A DNA stretch of 51,707 nt, the filler included, from Syncephalis fuscata S228 (taxonomy: Eukaryota; Fungi; Zoopagomycota), in NCBI GenBank assembly GCA_025786725.1. It is 4 parts of 4 records of this genome, joined end to end, with 100 filler letters (N's around TTAATTAATTAA, not from the genome) between each part and the next. Parts side by side here need not be neighbours in the genome. Positions count along the whole stretch, not along the records: positions 1 to 13,558 come from JAHLTZ010000244.1; 3 more parts are not named here. One strand, given 5' to 3'. Below the pieces are notes generated by a model. The model did not search any database. It was not told the DNA's origin and saw only the letters and a list, made by a program, of their open reading frames with translations. A program made the position numbers and the translations under genes. Shown one piece after another: positions 1 through 11,908 of this stretch; the stretch's first letter is position 1; the number at the start of each line of letters is the position of its first letter.

Positions 1-786
1 TATACCTATGGCGGTAACACTACGCTCAGAGACGCACTTAGCAAGGCCAGTTGGGCAGACAAGGCCAAGTACTTGCCTGTCATTGCCAATCAAATGCTTC
101 AAGGTTTGGCATACATGCATCGTGTTGGTGTGGCGCATAACGACATCAAGCCAGACAGTAAGTTAAATTGGATATTAGTATTCAGTTTGTTAACAATCTG
201 CCATTAATTACTAGACGTGCTTGTACAAATCTCTGGCAACAACGTCATGACCACACTAATTGATTATGATTTGGGACTGGATATACGAGTTCCTGTTATT
301 CATCTTAATAAACCAGTTGTCATCAAGGGTATGACCATGGGATTCAGAGCTCCGGAAGCTCAGATTCCAAATGCCATGGTTGATGCCAGTAAAAGCGACT
401 CATGGAGCGTTGGAGCCTCCATTTACAACATGTTAACGGGCCTAACTCTTGGTTACGACTATGACAAACAACGTGCCGTCTGGGTCAGCTATATGTTGGC
501 TGCTGGTGCACCATCTGCCAATCAAGCCCGACCTGCTGCGCCAGCCAAAAATATGCCAGTCTTCCCGACCAGCCCAAATGGCCAGATCGAAAGGTCACTA
601 GTCACAGCACTATCCATTATGGATACACTGTTGACCAAGGATCCCAAAATGCGGCCAACTCCTCAAGCGCTACTTAACAATCAACTTACAGCCGGCAATA
701 TGGTGACATGGTCTTCTGGTGTACTTAACAAGCTTCGCGGTGTTAAGCAACCCATTAACAATCCGGTGCCTAAAAGAAGGCTATAA
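1..786 (+). CDS. Protein kinase-fold protein, 5'-truncated by window edge; inverted near-identical copy of the gene at 2330-3630
   Basis: Exon 1-157, GT-AG intron 158-214, exon 215-786. Splicing gives HNDIKPDNVLVQ (catalytic loop), LIDYDLG (DFG position), GFRAPE, SDSWSVG, DPKMRPTP. Confidence 0.85.
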
Positions 787-1029
787 AAGCATCTAAATAG
801 ACGCAATAATAAACGTTTAATAAGAAAGTTTAAAAAACAGCTTATTAGTATCTATTTTTCAATGGCTATTGTGACATACATATAATGGTGCATATATAAG
901 TTACGTTAATACATTTAAATAAGTAAGCCATGCTATATAAATATATATATTACAAACAAGTTATTAACTATTATTAAATATAAAAGTGCGTGCTAATTAC
1001 TCTACTAAAATTTTATTTTTATATTTATT

Positions 1030-1310
1030 TAAAGGGGAATTTTGAAAAATGCCTCGTTTTTAAAATTTTAAATGATTTATTAATTAAATTTTTTTTATTT
1101 GCACCACACTTTGTTTAATCTGCAATAAACATTATTGCAAGAAAAGACTATTTAATAGCACATTTTTTATAATATCTGCTTTATTAGTGGTTTCGATTTT
1201 TTCTTCAATAAAAACATTTGCTTTAATATTACTAGTGCTAATTTTTACATATCATATTTTTGTATTATGTTTTTTAAGTTGCATTTGCCACAAGTATATC
1301 GTTGGAAGCT
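1030..1310 (-). mobile_element. Degenerate Mutator-like (MULE) 3'-end remnant
   Basis: Aligns by eye to ~16560-16835. Minus strand reads QRYTCGKCNLKKHNTKI*, a broken version of the CX2CX4HX4C knuckle QRYTCRNCSSKGHNTRTC of the MULE copy. Confidence 0.6.
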
Positions 1311-1394
1311 TTTTAACAAATAAAACACGATTAAGGTTGCTGTTAATGTGGCTAAAATGAGCTAAATTACGTAAATAAGATTTATACAATTACG

Positions 1395-1785
1395 ACTTTT
1401 GTTATAAGTATACTGACTTGAGCTATTGTTAGAAGCTAAAATCATTTGATACTAATGATATTTTTTATTTTAAATCAGTACTAAACATCTGACTAAGCTA
1501 CTTCTATTTTTTTCATTTAGTTGCTTGATCGACGTTACATCATCGCATCATTGGTGATTGCAACAATGTAACTAAAATTAAAAAATAGCTTTTATTAACA
1601 AAAAGTTGTTACAGCACCAGAAATGTAACGATGTAAAGTTAGCCAGACACCCAAATAAGGGAAGAAAACATAAGAGGCAACTTAACCAGATATTTCAATA
1701 TTAATTCAATAAAATAACTGTTATCAATATCGAATAGCTTTAACTTTTAGATATAACTTGAGTCAGCAAATTTATAACAAAAATT
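1395..1785. repeat. Degenerate inverted repeat (arms ~1395-1565 and ~1605-1785)
   Basis: ttttgttataagtatactgacttgagcta... matches the reverse complement of ...ataacttgagtcagcaaatttataacaaaa; ttacatcatcgcatcattggtg matches the reverse complement of caccagaaatgtaacgatgtaa. Confidence 0.6.
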
Positions 1786-2329
1786 CTCAACTTTATAAAT
1801 TCTGACAATAAGCTGAAGAAAATTATATTAATAAAATTTTATATTTATTATTATTTGGGTGACAATATTAAATATTCGTACTACTATCAGGGCTCTAATA
1901 AGAGCTACATAGCATAAAATGCGCAGTGAGAGAAGTGTGTAAATACAATAAAAGCAAATAACAATAAAAGAATAGCTTTTTATTAATATTGTTGTCGGCA
2001 AACGATATAGTTATGTGTGATAGAATTAGTACACAACAATAAAAGTATAATGATAGTGTTGAAATTATAGTGTGTATAGTTTAGTGGATAGCCCCTTTTA
2101 AAATTTATAGCTGAAGCAGTTAGTAATAAGCACATATCATTCTTAAATAAAACGTAATTAATATACGATAAAATGCGATGAATACACAATGGGAAGAAAA
2201 TAAACAATAATGTAGATTTAAAAATATAAATACTATATATAAACATGAATAGGCTACTAATTGTTACAAAATAAAAAACATTGCTAAATTACTTTACTGA
2301 TTTTTATTACCGTATTTATTCAAATACTT

Positions 2330-3630
2330 CTACACCTTTCTTTTAGGCACCGGATTGTTAATGGGTTGCTTAACACCGCGAAGCTTGTTAAGCACACCAG
2401 AAGACCATGTCACCATATTGCCGGCCTTAGTCTGATTGTCAAGTAGCGCTTGAGGAGTTGGCCGCATTTTGGGATCCTTGGTCAACAGTGTATCCATAAT
2501 GGATAGTGCTGTGACTAGTGACCTTTCGATCTGGCCATTTGGGCTGGTCGGGAAGACTGGCATATTTTTGGCTGGCGCAGCAGGTCGGGCTTGATTGGCA
2601 GATGGTGCACCAGCAGCCAACATATAGCTGACCCAGACGGCACGTTGTTTGTCATAGTCGTAACCAAGAGTTAGGCCCGTTAACATGTTGTAAATGGAGG
2701 CTCCAACGCTCCATGAGTCGCTTTTACTGGCATCAACCATGGCATTTGGAATCTGAGCTTCCGGAGCTCTGAATCCCATGGTCATACCCTTGATGACAAC
2801 TGGTTTGTTAAGATGAATAACAGGAACTCGTATATTCAGTCCCAAATCATAATCAATTAGTGTGGTCATGACGTTGTTGCCAGAGATTTGTACAAGCACG
2901 TCTAGTAATTAATGGCAGATTGTTAACAAACTGAATACTAATATCCAATTTAACTTACTGTCTGGCTTGATGTCGTTATGCGCCACACCAACACGATGCA
3001 TGTATGCCAAACCTTGAAGCATTTGATTGGCAATGACAGGCAAGTACTTGGCCTTGTCTGCCCAACTGGCCTTGCTAAGTGCGTCTCTGAGCGTAGTGTT
3101 ACCGCCATAGGTATATATTGTACAGTAGCCACCATTGCTGGTGAATGCGTGCAATGGCTGAGCAATAAACTGGCTGCCAGCTGTTTTTGGAGCTTTAAGC
3201 GAGTCTTTGGCTTTCTTGAGCAGCTGGATTGGCAAACATGTTAATCGATGATTGCATAGCAATAAATACTGTACTTACATCAAATGCCTTTTTCTCGTTA
3301 TCCATTGATTGTGCATCTTTAGAGCACTTGAAAAAAGCAGGCTTACTTTGGAAGCTGGCATTGCCTACAACCAGTACATTGTTTGATTGCAACAGTTTGG
3401 TAATCACAAGTGTAGGCACTCCAAGTGTGTTTTGCGTATTTGCTTTTACATTTAGAAAGTTTGCGCCAATTGGAGCAGATGCTTTGGCTACACGTTAATA
3501 CAATAAATTTAATATAAATCATTTTTAACTTACGATCAAAGCCGACAGGAATGGCATCGGTAAGCGGTGTGAAAGATGCAAGGGCCAAGACGCAGCCGGC
3601 TGCAATAGTGAACATGTTGATTTTAACCAT
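2330..3630 (-). CDS. Signal-peptide-bearing (putatively secreted) Ser/Thr kinase-fold protein, catalytic residues intact
   Basis: Exons 3630-3534, 3487-3279, 3223-2959, 2901-2330 with GT-AG introns. N-terminus MVKINMFTIAAGCVLALASFTPLTDAIP; AFFKCS (VAIK Lys), DNEKKAF (alphaC Glu), HNDIKPDN, DYD, RAPE. No obvious Gly-rich loop. Confidence 0.85.
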
Positions 3631-5432
3631 TTTGATCGTAGTAGAGGTTGATGTTGTTGAATCGACCGGCGATTTGGATAACTGCGCAGCAGAGCAATGT
3701 AGTCGATGTAGAGTGTATTGGCGAGGTTGTAAAGGCGTTATGAGTTAACAAATTGAAATCTAACACGATTCAATCGTCCATTTTATAGCTGACTTGTAAA
3801 CGAAAGTACGTTGCACGGTATAGTTAGATATGTTGAAGACAACGCAGCAGCATGGGCGTCTCGACTATTACTGACGGGATTGTTTCAATGTGGACTTCAT
3901 AGATGTAAGACTGTCGTGCCTGTATCAACATAGTTAGTTGACCAAATAACTACCCCTGTTCAGAATACATGGGATTCCAAAATTACTTAATGCTTATAAG
4001 GTGTGAAGGTAATAGTGTCGTTTATTATTGGCCCGTGTTGGTATCATTCCTAACAAGGGGTACTACACATTTCTACAAGAATGCAGGAATTGTAGCTTAG
4101 GCTGTTTCATTACAACAGTCATATCAGCAATGACGTTCAAATATCGCAAGTTACAAGTCAAGACCCGCTGTTTCATCCATCAATAGGCCAGTCAATCCTA
4201 CGTTGTCGTGACACGTAACAAACACTATTTTATTGCATGAACAATATAATTTTTTTCCACTTCAAATTAAGCTTTTTTATTAACTAAATTTACGGATGAC
4301 ATGTTCATTTCATATAGTATTTTTCCATTTTCGAATTAAATTACTATAATGAAATATGGTTATACCAAATTTATCAAGAATGAATATACAATATTTAAAG
4401 TTGTACGAGAGTTGTCATCGGCCGCATGGGGGAGGGGAAATATATGGTTGGCAACTTTTTCGTTTGAGGATGTTCATTGCGACTTTTTGATTTGTACGTG
4501 AAAATACAGTGTATGTTTTGACACTTATTATATCACAATTCCATACCATGTTACAGGTTTTGTACTTGATTGAAATAAGTACTTTATGTTTTAGTCTGGC
4601 CATCGTTATGCTGCTTGCTATTTTAGCTATACACTTAGTAAAAATCAAATTGTTTAGAATTAATAAAAATAAATTTAGTATAGATATTTACTTGATGTTT
4701 TTAGTGCTTCTTTGTAAAACTAGACGGTTTTATTTTAATTGATACATCGAATTCACTATCACCAAAGGCAGTGATTTTTTTGAGCTGTGGCAAGAAAAAT
4801 TGAAGACTGACAATATGTACACTATTAATACATTTAATATGCTATTAATAACATGTTTTAATGATTGCAACTACTTTTAAATATTATATTATTATTTTAT
4901 CGTACACACTATTTACCAATACTATATTTTATGATTACACTTGTATTCTGTATTTGATAGCTTTTATTATTTACAAACCATGGTAGCATTATTATTATAC
5001 ATAATTATTTAAAAGCACATTCAATAACAACTATTAATTATAATAAAAATAATTTAGTGTAAATTTATTAACATGTCAAATTAAACAGCATGGCCCAACC
5101 ATTATGATACACCTATCAGTCAATTGTATTAGTAAATAATCAAATATAGATTACACATAGCAATAAATAAGATGGTACGCCGTCAGGGTTAAAAAGCTCG
5201 TTGATTGATCCACACGGTTTTTCAGGTGAAGAAATTCAATAAAAAACATCATTCGGCGCTAAAGAGAAAACAAACAAACAAAATTACAAAGTTGTACTTA
5301 CCAACTACAAAACCGACAAAGTATGTAAACACGTTTCTCAATACAAGCACACGTGTCTACATACTTGCCTAATTGTCATCAGCGATCGATAGGTGTTACG
5401 ATGCATGGATGATACTGTCAACTACTACCTTT

Positions 5433-5438
5433 AAAAAA
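5433..5438 (-). terminator. T6 tract directly after the MRP RNA, Pol III-type terminator
   Basis: aaaaaa on + strand (TTTTTT on minus) 3 nt past the P1 3' strand. Confidence 0.55.
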
Positions 5439-5441
5439 GGG

Positions 5442-5903
5442 ACCGGAAACACCGCGAGAGTAAGCCCCGTTGCGTTACGTTCGCCCTTCAGAGCGCTACT
5501 GCCAGAGGCAACCAATGCTTAGTAGGCACGAACGCCGCCGCATAACTGTGCTATGACGAATGGTCGTCCCCGTCCAGGATAGTACTCCGTTGTCACTTCG
5601 AACTCGGCCCATTAAAAGAGCCTCTTCGTTCGTTGGACAAACGGCACGTGCTATACGCCGTCTTCGTCGACAAGCAACGAGGAACGACCTACAACACGCG
5701 GGACGAGCATGACGAGTGAACAAAAGGTCGTTTACCGGCCGTTCAACACTTTCTGCCAACGTGTCCGGGGACTTTCCCCAAAGCATGTAAATTGAAAGGT
5801 CGTGCAGCCATCGAACGATAACCACACGCCAATCCGTATGTAGTGCTTTGATATTCTACAACAAGAGAGAGAGAAAAGGCGGCGCTTCGCAGGTGTTTCC
5901 GGT
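5442..5903 (-). ncRNA. RNase MRP RNA
   Basis: Minus strand has terminal P1 helix (ACCGGAAACACCUGCGA / UCGCGGUGUUUCCGGU), P2 (GCGCCGCC / GGCGGCGU), CR-I GGGGAAAGUCCCCGGAC, P8 GARAR loop GCA-GAAAG-UGU, CR-IV ACAGUUA and CR-V ACGCAACGGGGCUUACU that pairs with CR-I (P4). Confidence 0.9.
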
Positions 5904-6618
5904 AAAGAAACGTACAAGTGGGATGCGCGTCAATCGATCGCCTACTTATACTGCCATGTTGTAAAATAAAATATAGATAAAAAACTAAAAGCAAATATTA
6001 AAGAATAGCTAGACAGGGGGTGAGGCCATGTACAACTATAAACTTGTTTAGATGATAGAACAAGAAACTACCAAAAACGGTGATAAACATGTGTCGCATA
6101 TCTCTTGCTTTATCTTCAGCTATGCACGTATCATCACCACCATTACTGCTAATAATTATATGACTGGGAATTAACGAATAAATGATCACAGTGAAAACAA
6201 AGAAAGACAAAGGGAGACGATAGTTAATAATAACGTGATATGAATGTCTCATTTCATAGTCTATGGTTGTATACACACACACATGCATTTTTACTCCCTT
6301 TCTCTCTCACTCTTTGACGCTCGGTTTTCTCTTCACTCTGCCCAATTTATCGCCACCCTTACTCCCCCGCGCACTCACACAGCCAGCTGTCATTATCCTT
6401 TTTCTCGTCTTTCTTTTTGAACACTATTTACTGCTTGCAGTGGTCTAAAGCTAGGTGTTATTGGACGTGTGGTCATTATTTACACGCCATCTTGCTATTG
6501 ATTACTACGGCCACTATTCCTATTACTATTATTATTAGTACAGCTACTACTGCTCTATTGTTCGTTTTTTTACGCTTCTTGCTGATTAAGCAGTACATCT
6601 GATCGTATTATTCTCATC

Positions 6619-7204
6619 ATGTCACATCAAGGCCATCGTCGTGACCGTGCCACGGTGTCGGAATTGAAGCTTAAGAAGTTGTTGGAGAACAACCGTCGTT
6701 TGCAGCATCTATTGGATATGCCTCGTATTCCTGTCAGTGAAGCTAGTATTTCGTAAGTAGAGCCCGCCTTTTGTCTATTTAATCTAGCGTCTAGTTGTTA
6801 TCTTTTAAAGAAAGTCACCTATAACATTTCTATTTGTTTGAATTATTATCATTATTATTATTATTATCTACATCTTTAATATTATATTAATAGTATTAGC
6901 TATTTTTATTAATTTCATTGTTCTTATTTGTAATATTTAAAAGTCATTTTTAGCTTATTATTACGATAATTATACTATAATACTTTATTTATTATTTTCC
7001 ATTTTATGACCATAACAACCATCATTACTATTATCAAATTAAATAACCTGTCATTTACTAATTCTATTTTATCATTTTAGGTTAATTAATTACGTCAAAA
7101 CAACAAAGGATTATTTGATTCCATCAATATGGGGCACTGTTAATCGAAAGGATGATCCGTATGCACCACAAGGCTCTAGCTGTGGTACTTGTACCATTGT
7201 TTAA
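6619..7204 (+). CDS. Heterotrimeric G-protein gamma subunit (Ste18/GpgA-like)
   Basis: Exons 6619-6752 and 7081-7204, intron GTAAGT...TTTTAG. Protein MSHQGHRRDRATVSELKLKKLLENNRRLQHLLDMPRIPVSEASISLINYVKTTKDYLIPSIWGTVNRKDDPYAPQGSSCGTCTIV, GGL-like with CaaX box. Not in the ORF track. Confidence 0.9.
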
Positions 7205-7279
7205 TGTTATTACTACTATGACTATGACTGTTACTGTTATTGCAACTATTATACTATCACTATTATTTAATAGCTGTAG

Positions 7280-8021
7280 CTATAGTAATAGTAATAGTAT
7301 TTCGAACATAATCCATGATACGTATTACGAATAGAGTAAAGAGATTATATTATGGCTATAGTATATCTATTTATTTTCTCTCTTTTCTATCTCATTCTAT
7401 TCACGCCACAACATATCGGTTATTTTTTATACTGCCGGTTGTATCCGACTATTTGTGCGTAGTTTTTCTTTTATTTGTTGTTATCGGCGTGTGTATTTGT
7501 TGTTTGTGACAACGATTGACACTGGCCACAAACAACCATTGTGCCGGTCTTTTCTCGTCTATATCACAATATCTCAGCTGTATCTCATCACTCTCGTCCT
7601 AATAACTGCACCCACCATTATAGTAATAATAATAATAATAAATTTTCACCGCAATCTCCCAGACATATTCCCCATTCTTCCGTACCAATCGTTTATTAGT
7701 GCATGGACCTTTTACGGCGGAGTTCTCTCGGCTTTTGTTCTACCAAGTCGTTCTATAGTTTATCCTGATCTCGTGATCATGTGAATAGATCAATAATGAG
7801 AACTACGTTGTCGTGACGCGCATTTTCAACCTCCATTTGTTTTCCCCACACATATGCTAACAACAACTAAAAAAAATCAGTGTCAATGAATGATCATTTA
7901 ATACTCAGTTTATTTTCTCAAGTGCATTTCAATAGTCAGTCTCAAATGGCAAAATACTACAAATAGAGCACTGGTTGGCGAGTGATCCGCCTATTTGACA
8001 TACAACACCTGTATTCCAGCT
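7280..8021 (+). repeat. Direct repeat copy 1 (upstream of ACS)
   Basis: Colinear with ~11110-11738; ends in ctggttggcgagtgatccgcctatttgacatacaacac, identical in both copies. Confidence 0.8.
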
Positions 8022-8496
8022 CTTCCTCTCTATCTCTCACTCTCTATCTTTTTAAGCCTGTGTTCCACCACATTATTACCTGTTTGCACTGCACGTCACA
8101 TTGCAGTTCTCAATTGAATTGTCCACAAGTGACGACTATTCTTCTTTATCATCTTCACCATCGTCTATCTTTCACTTCGTGTCCGTGTGATTGATTGACG
8201 TGAAGTGGATCCACGCTGGAAACACAACGTGTTCTTGTTCATTCCTATTGTGTTACTGCCATCATCGGCAAAACATCCTTGGCATTAGTTACTTATCGAT
8301 ATTAACGATAACGGCAAAACAACAGTCTTTGCAGTAAAGACGTGACGCACTGTCCTGTTCATTTAAATCCCTTCCGTTTATTCGTTTGGCCTTTTCTTTG
8401 CTTAATTCGCCTTCTTCTCTTCCTCCTCCTTAGCTTGCAAGTCTTTTGCTATATTGATTCATACTTACTTGTTCATTTTTATCATTGATTTCTATT

Positions 8497-10533
8497 ATGT
8501 CTACTACTGTTGACAAAGTTACCGATGCTACAGCTTCTCATCCTGAGTTGCTAGAGCCGACCATTGATGGTGTCAATGCCATTGCCGTACCCAAAGCACT
8601 ACAAGATGGTAGCGATGGTTGGCCCAAGGCCCATATCAGCTCATTTAAACAATATCGTGAAATGTGGGAGGAAAGTCTACGCAACCCAGAAGACTTTTGG
8701 TCAAAGCTAGCTAAAGAAACACTTCATTGGTACCATCCATTCGAAGTTGCTACTAGCGGTGGCTTTGAACATGGCGATGTCGCGTGGTTCCGTGGCGGCA
8801 AGCTTAACGTATCCTACAACTGTGTGGATCGCCATGCGAATGTCGACCCAAATCGGGTAGCCATGATTTACGAGCCGGATGAACCAAACCAATCGCGTAA
8901 CATCACTTATGGCTGGCTATTCCGTGAAATGAATCGTGTGGCTAATTTGCTACTTAGCTATGGCTTGCGCAAAGGTGACGCCGTGGCCATTTACATGCCT
9001 ATGGTGCCCGAAACGGTTGTAGCTATGCTTGCCTGTGCCCGTATTGGCTGTCCACACACCGTTGTATTTGCCGGCTTTAGCTTTGAAGCACTTCGTGATC
9101 GTATTAATAACGCTAAATGCCGTGTTGTTTTCACCGTTGACGAGGGCCGTCGTGGTGGTCGTCCCATTGCCACTAAGCATATAGTTGACCAGGCATTAGC
9201 CCATGGCTGTCCATCAGTTGAAAAGGTCGTTGTATTCCAACGCGGGCCTGAACCAGCCGACATTGTTATGACAGAAGGCCGTGATGAATGGTGGCATACT
9301 GCTGTTGACCGCCATCGTGCGTACTGCCCACCTGAATGGATGGATGCTGAGGATCCACTATTCTTGTTATACACATCTGGTTCAACGGGTACGCCAAAGG
9401 GTGTTGTTCACACGACAGCTGGTTATTTGTTAGGCGCAGCCGTTACAACCAAATACGTATTTGATTATCATCCTGGTGATATTCTCGGGTGCACGGCTGA
9501 TGTCGGATGGATTACCGGCCATGACTATATCGTTTATGGGCCGATGTGTCTAGGCGGTACTTCAATTCTATTTGAATCGGTGCCGACTTATCCCGATGCC
9601 AGCCGATTCTGGAATTTAATTGCTGACCATAAAATTACACACTTTTACACAGCACCCACGGCTATTCGCGCTTTGCGTCGTCTCGGTGACCAATGGCTTG
9701 AAGGCAAGGACCTATCATCATTGCGAGTCATCGGCTCTGTCGGTGAACCAATTAATCCTGAAGCATGGCACTGGTACAACGAGAAGGTTGGCAAGAATCG
9801 CTGTGCTGTTATTGATACTTATTGGCAAACGGAGACGGGTGCTATTGTACTGACACCATTACCTGGCGCCATCGCTGCTAAACCAGGCAGTGCATCTGTG
9901 CCTTTCTTTGGCATAGATCTGGCTATTCTCGATCCAGCCACCGGTCAAGAGCTTACGGGTAACGATGTTGAAGGCGTGCTAGCTATTAAGCGCCCTTGGC
10001 CATCGATTATGCGCACTGTGTACAATACACATGAACGCTATCTTAATGGATACATGCGTGTCTATCCTGGCTATTACTTCACTGGCGATGGCTGTTACCG
10101 CGATGCCGATGGCTACTACTGGATTCGTGGTCGTGTTGATGACGTTATCAACGTAAGCGGCCATCGATTGAGTACGACAGAAATCGAATCGGCTTTGATT
10201 CAACATCCAGCAGTTGCCGAAACAGCCGTTGTTGGCCAAAACGACGACTTAACCGGTCAGGCCATTTGCGCTTTTGTCACGATTAAGCCAACACATAGCG
10301 ATGTTATACCTAAAGAACTTGTATTACAAGTACGCAAAACAATTGGACCATTTGCTGCACCTAAACATCTTCACTTGGTAGCTGAATTACCTAAAACACG
10401 CTCAGGCAAAATTGTCCGCCGTATACTGCGTAAGATTGTTAACGGTGAAGCTGATAGTCTTGGTGATTTAAGTACCGTCGGCGATCCAAGTATCGTTGAT
10501 GATATCATCAAACTAGTCGCTGAAAAGCAGTAG
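8497..10533 (+). CDS. ACS: Acetyl-CoA synthetase (AMP-forming), intronless
   Basis: Long ORF with [45 protein letters not shown] motifs; first ATG at 8497. Confidence 0.96.
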   Translation: MSTTVDKVTDATASHPELLEPTIDGVNAIAVPKALQDGSDGWPKAHISSFKQYREMWEESLRNPEDFWSKLAKETLHWYHPFEVATSGGFEHGDVAWFRGGKLNVSYNCVDRHANVDPNRVAMIYEPDEPNQSRNITYGWLFREMNRVANLLLSYGLRKGDAVAIYMPMVPETVVAMLACARIGCPHTVVFAGFSFEALRDRINNAKCRVVFTVDEGRRGGRPIATKHIVDQALAHGCPSVEKVVVFQRGPEPADIVMTEGRDEWWHTAVDRHRAYCPPEWMDAEDPLFLLYTSGSTGTPKGVVHTTAGYLLGAAVTTKYVFDYHPGDILGCTADVGWITGHDYIVYGPMCLGGTSILFESVPTYPDASRFWNLIADHKITHFYTAPTAIRALRRLGDQWLEGKDLSSLRVIGSVGEPINPEAWHWYNEKVGKNRCAVIDTYWQTETGAIVLTPLPGAIAAKPGSASVPFFGIDLAILDPATGQELTGNDVEGVLAIKRPWPSIMRTVYNTHERYLNGYMRVYPGYYFTGDGCYRDADGYYWIRGRVDDVINVSGHRLSTTEIESALIQHPAVAETAVVGQNDDLTGQAICAFVTIKPTHSDVIPKELVLQVRKTIGPFAAPKHLHLVAELPKTRSGKIVRRILRKIVNGEADSLGDLSTVGDPSIVDDIIKLVAEKQ

Positions 10534-11109
10534 ATGAATACTACATTTGAATTCATTCCATTTCATAATAAACTGATTCTGTTTATAATTAATTAACATG
10601 CGTAATATTAAAACTGATTCTATTTATAATAATTAACATGTTCAATATTAATAACATTTAGAGTAAGAAAGCTTTACTAAGAGCCGGGAAATCATTAATT
10701 GGATTTCTTCATGCACGAAAACAAACACAAATTGGATAACAGGGCGGAATGATATAGATGGTTGGCGCACACACACAGACACGCACACGAATAGAGAAAA
10801 CGAAATAGAATAATATGCTAATATCGCATGTTGTTCTAGTTAACTCAAGACAGTGTAATTTGATATTCTCCTTCTATATTTTGTGCCACCCATAATATGG
10901 CCGAGCTATATGAATGTCATCGTGTATATAATAAATAAATATATTCATTTTATTGCAACTATACCAATTTTCTTACCTGAAAATCAATAGACAGCATTGA
11001 GCTACAATGCAATAGCCAGCGTAGGCATAGACATCGGCAAATTTGACACAGAACATTGCCTAAAACGTGCGATTAATATAATAATAATAATTATATTATT
11101 ATCCAATAC

Positions 11110-11738
11110 TTATAGTTATATTAATAGCAATAGTATTGCAAACACAATTCATATTATGTGTTGCAAATAGAGTAAAGAAACGCTATTATAGATATAGTGT
11201 ATCTATCTGTTGTTATCGGAGCATGTATTAGTTATTTGTGGCAACGATGACACTGGTCAACTATTGTGCCTGCCTTTTTTGTCTATATCACGGTATCTCA
11301 GCTGTATTTCACTTACTTTTGTCCTAATAGCTGCACTCACCAGTATAGTAATAATAACAAATTTTATTGTAATTTCCCAACACATGCCCCAATCCTTTCG
11401 TATCAACAATCTATTGTGCATAGACTTTTTGCAATGGGGTTCTTTTGTCCTTTGTTCTGACAAGTCGTTCCATGGCTTATCCTAATTATGTGGTCATGTG
11501 AATAAACCGATAACGAGAGATGCGATGTCATGATGCGTATTTTCAATCTCCATTCGTTTTCTCTGCACCTGGCTAGCAATTAAAGGAAGCCAGTGTCAAT
11601 GAATGATCATTTAATACTCAGCTTATTTTTCCAAGTGTAATTTATTAGCCAAAATCTTAACACTCAAAATACCACTACAAATAAAGCACTGGTTGGCGAG
11701 TGATCCGCCTATTTGACATACAACACTGTATTCCAGCT
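11110..11738 (+). repeat. Direct repeat copy 2 (downstream of ACS)
   Basis: Matches 7280-8021 with an internal indel; the spurious ORFs at 7455 and 11210 translate to similar peptides for this reason. Confidence 0.8.
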
Positions 11739-11908
11739 GGAGTTATTTTACTTTACGTTCTTTAATTTTTGAAAATAAAAGTATTACCGTGATCTACTGT
11801 ATTGTAATAACTATAAAGCACTATTTAGTTAATTCGTTTTGTATTGCTTTAGCAGTTATATAATGATACTACCATTGTTTTTATTTACAATGGTATAATT
11901 TAAAATAG

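Noticed and set aside
5496-5994. Short minus-strand ORFs (61-109 aa)
   Set aside because: They overlap the RNase MRP RNA and have no protein-like motifs.
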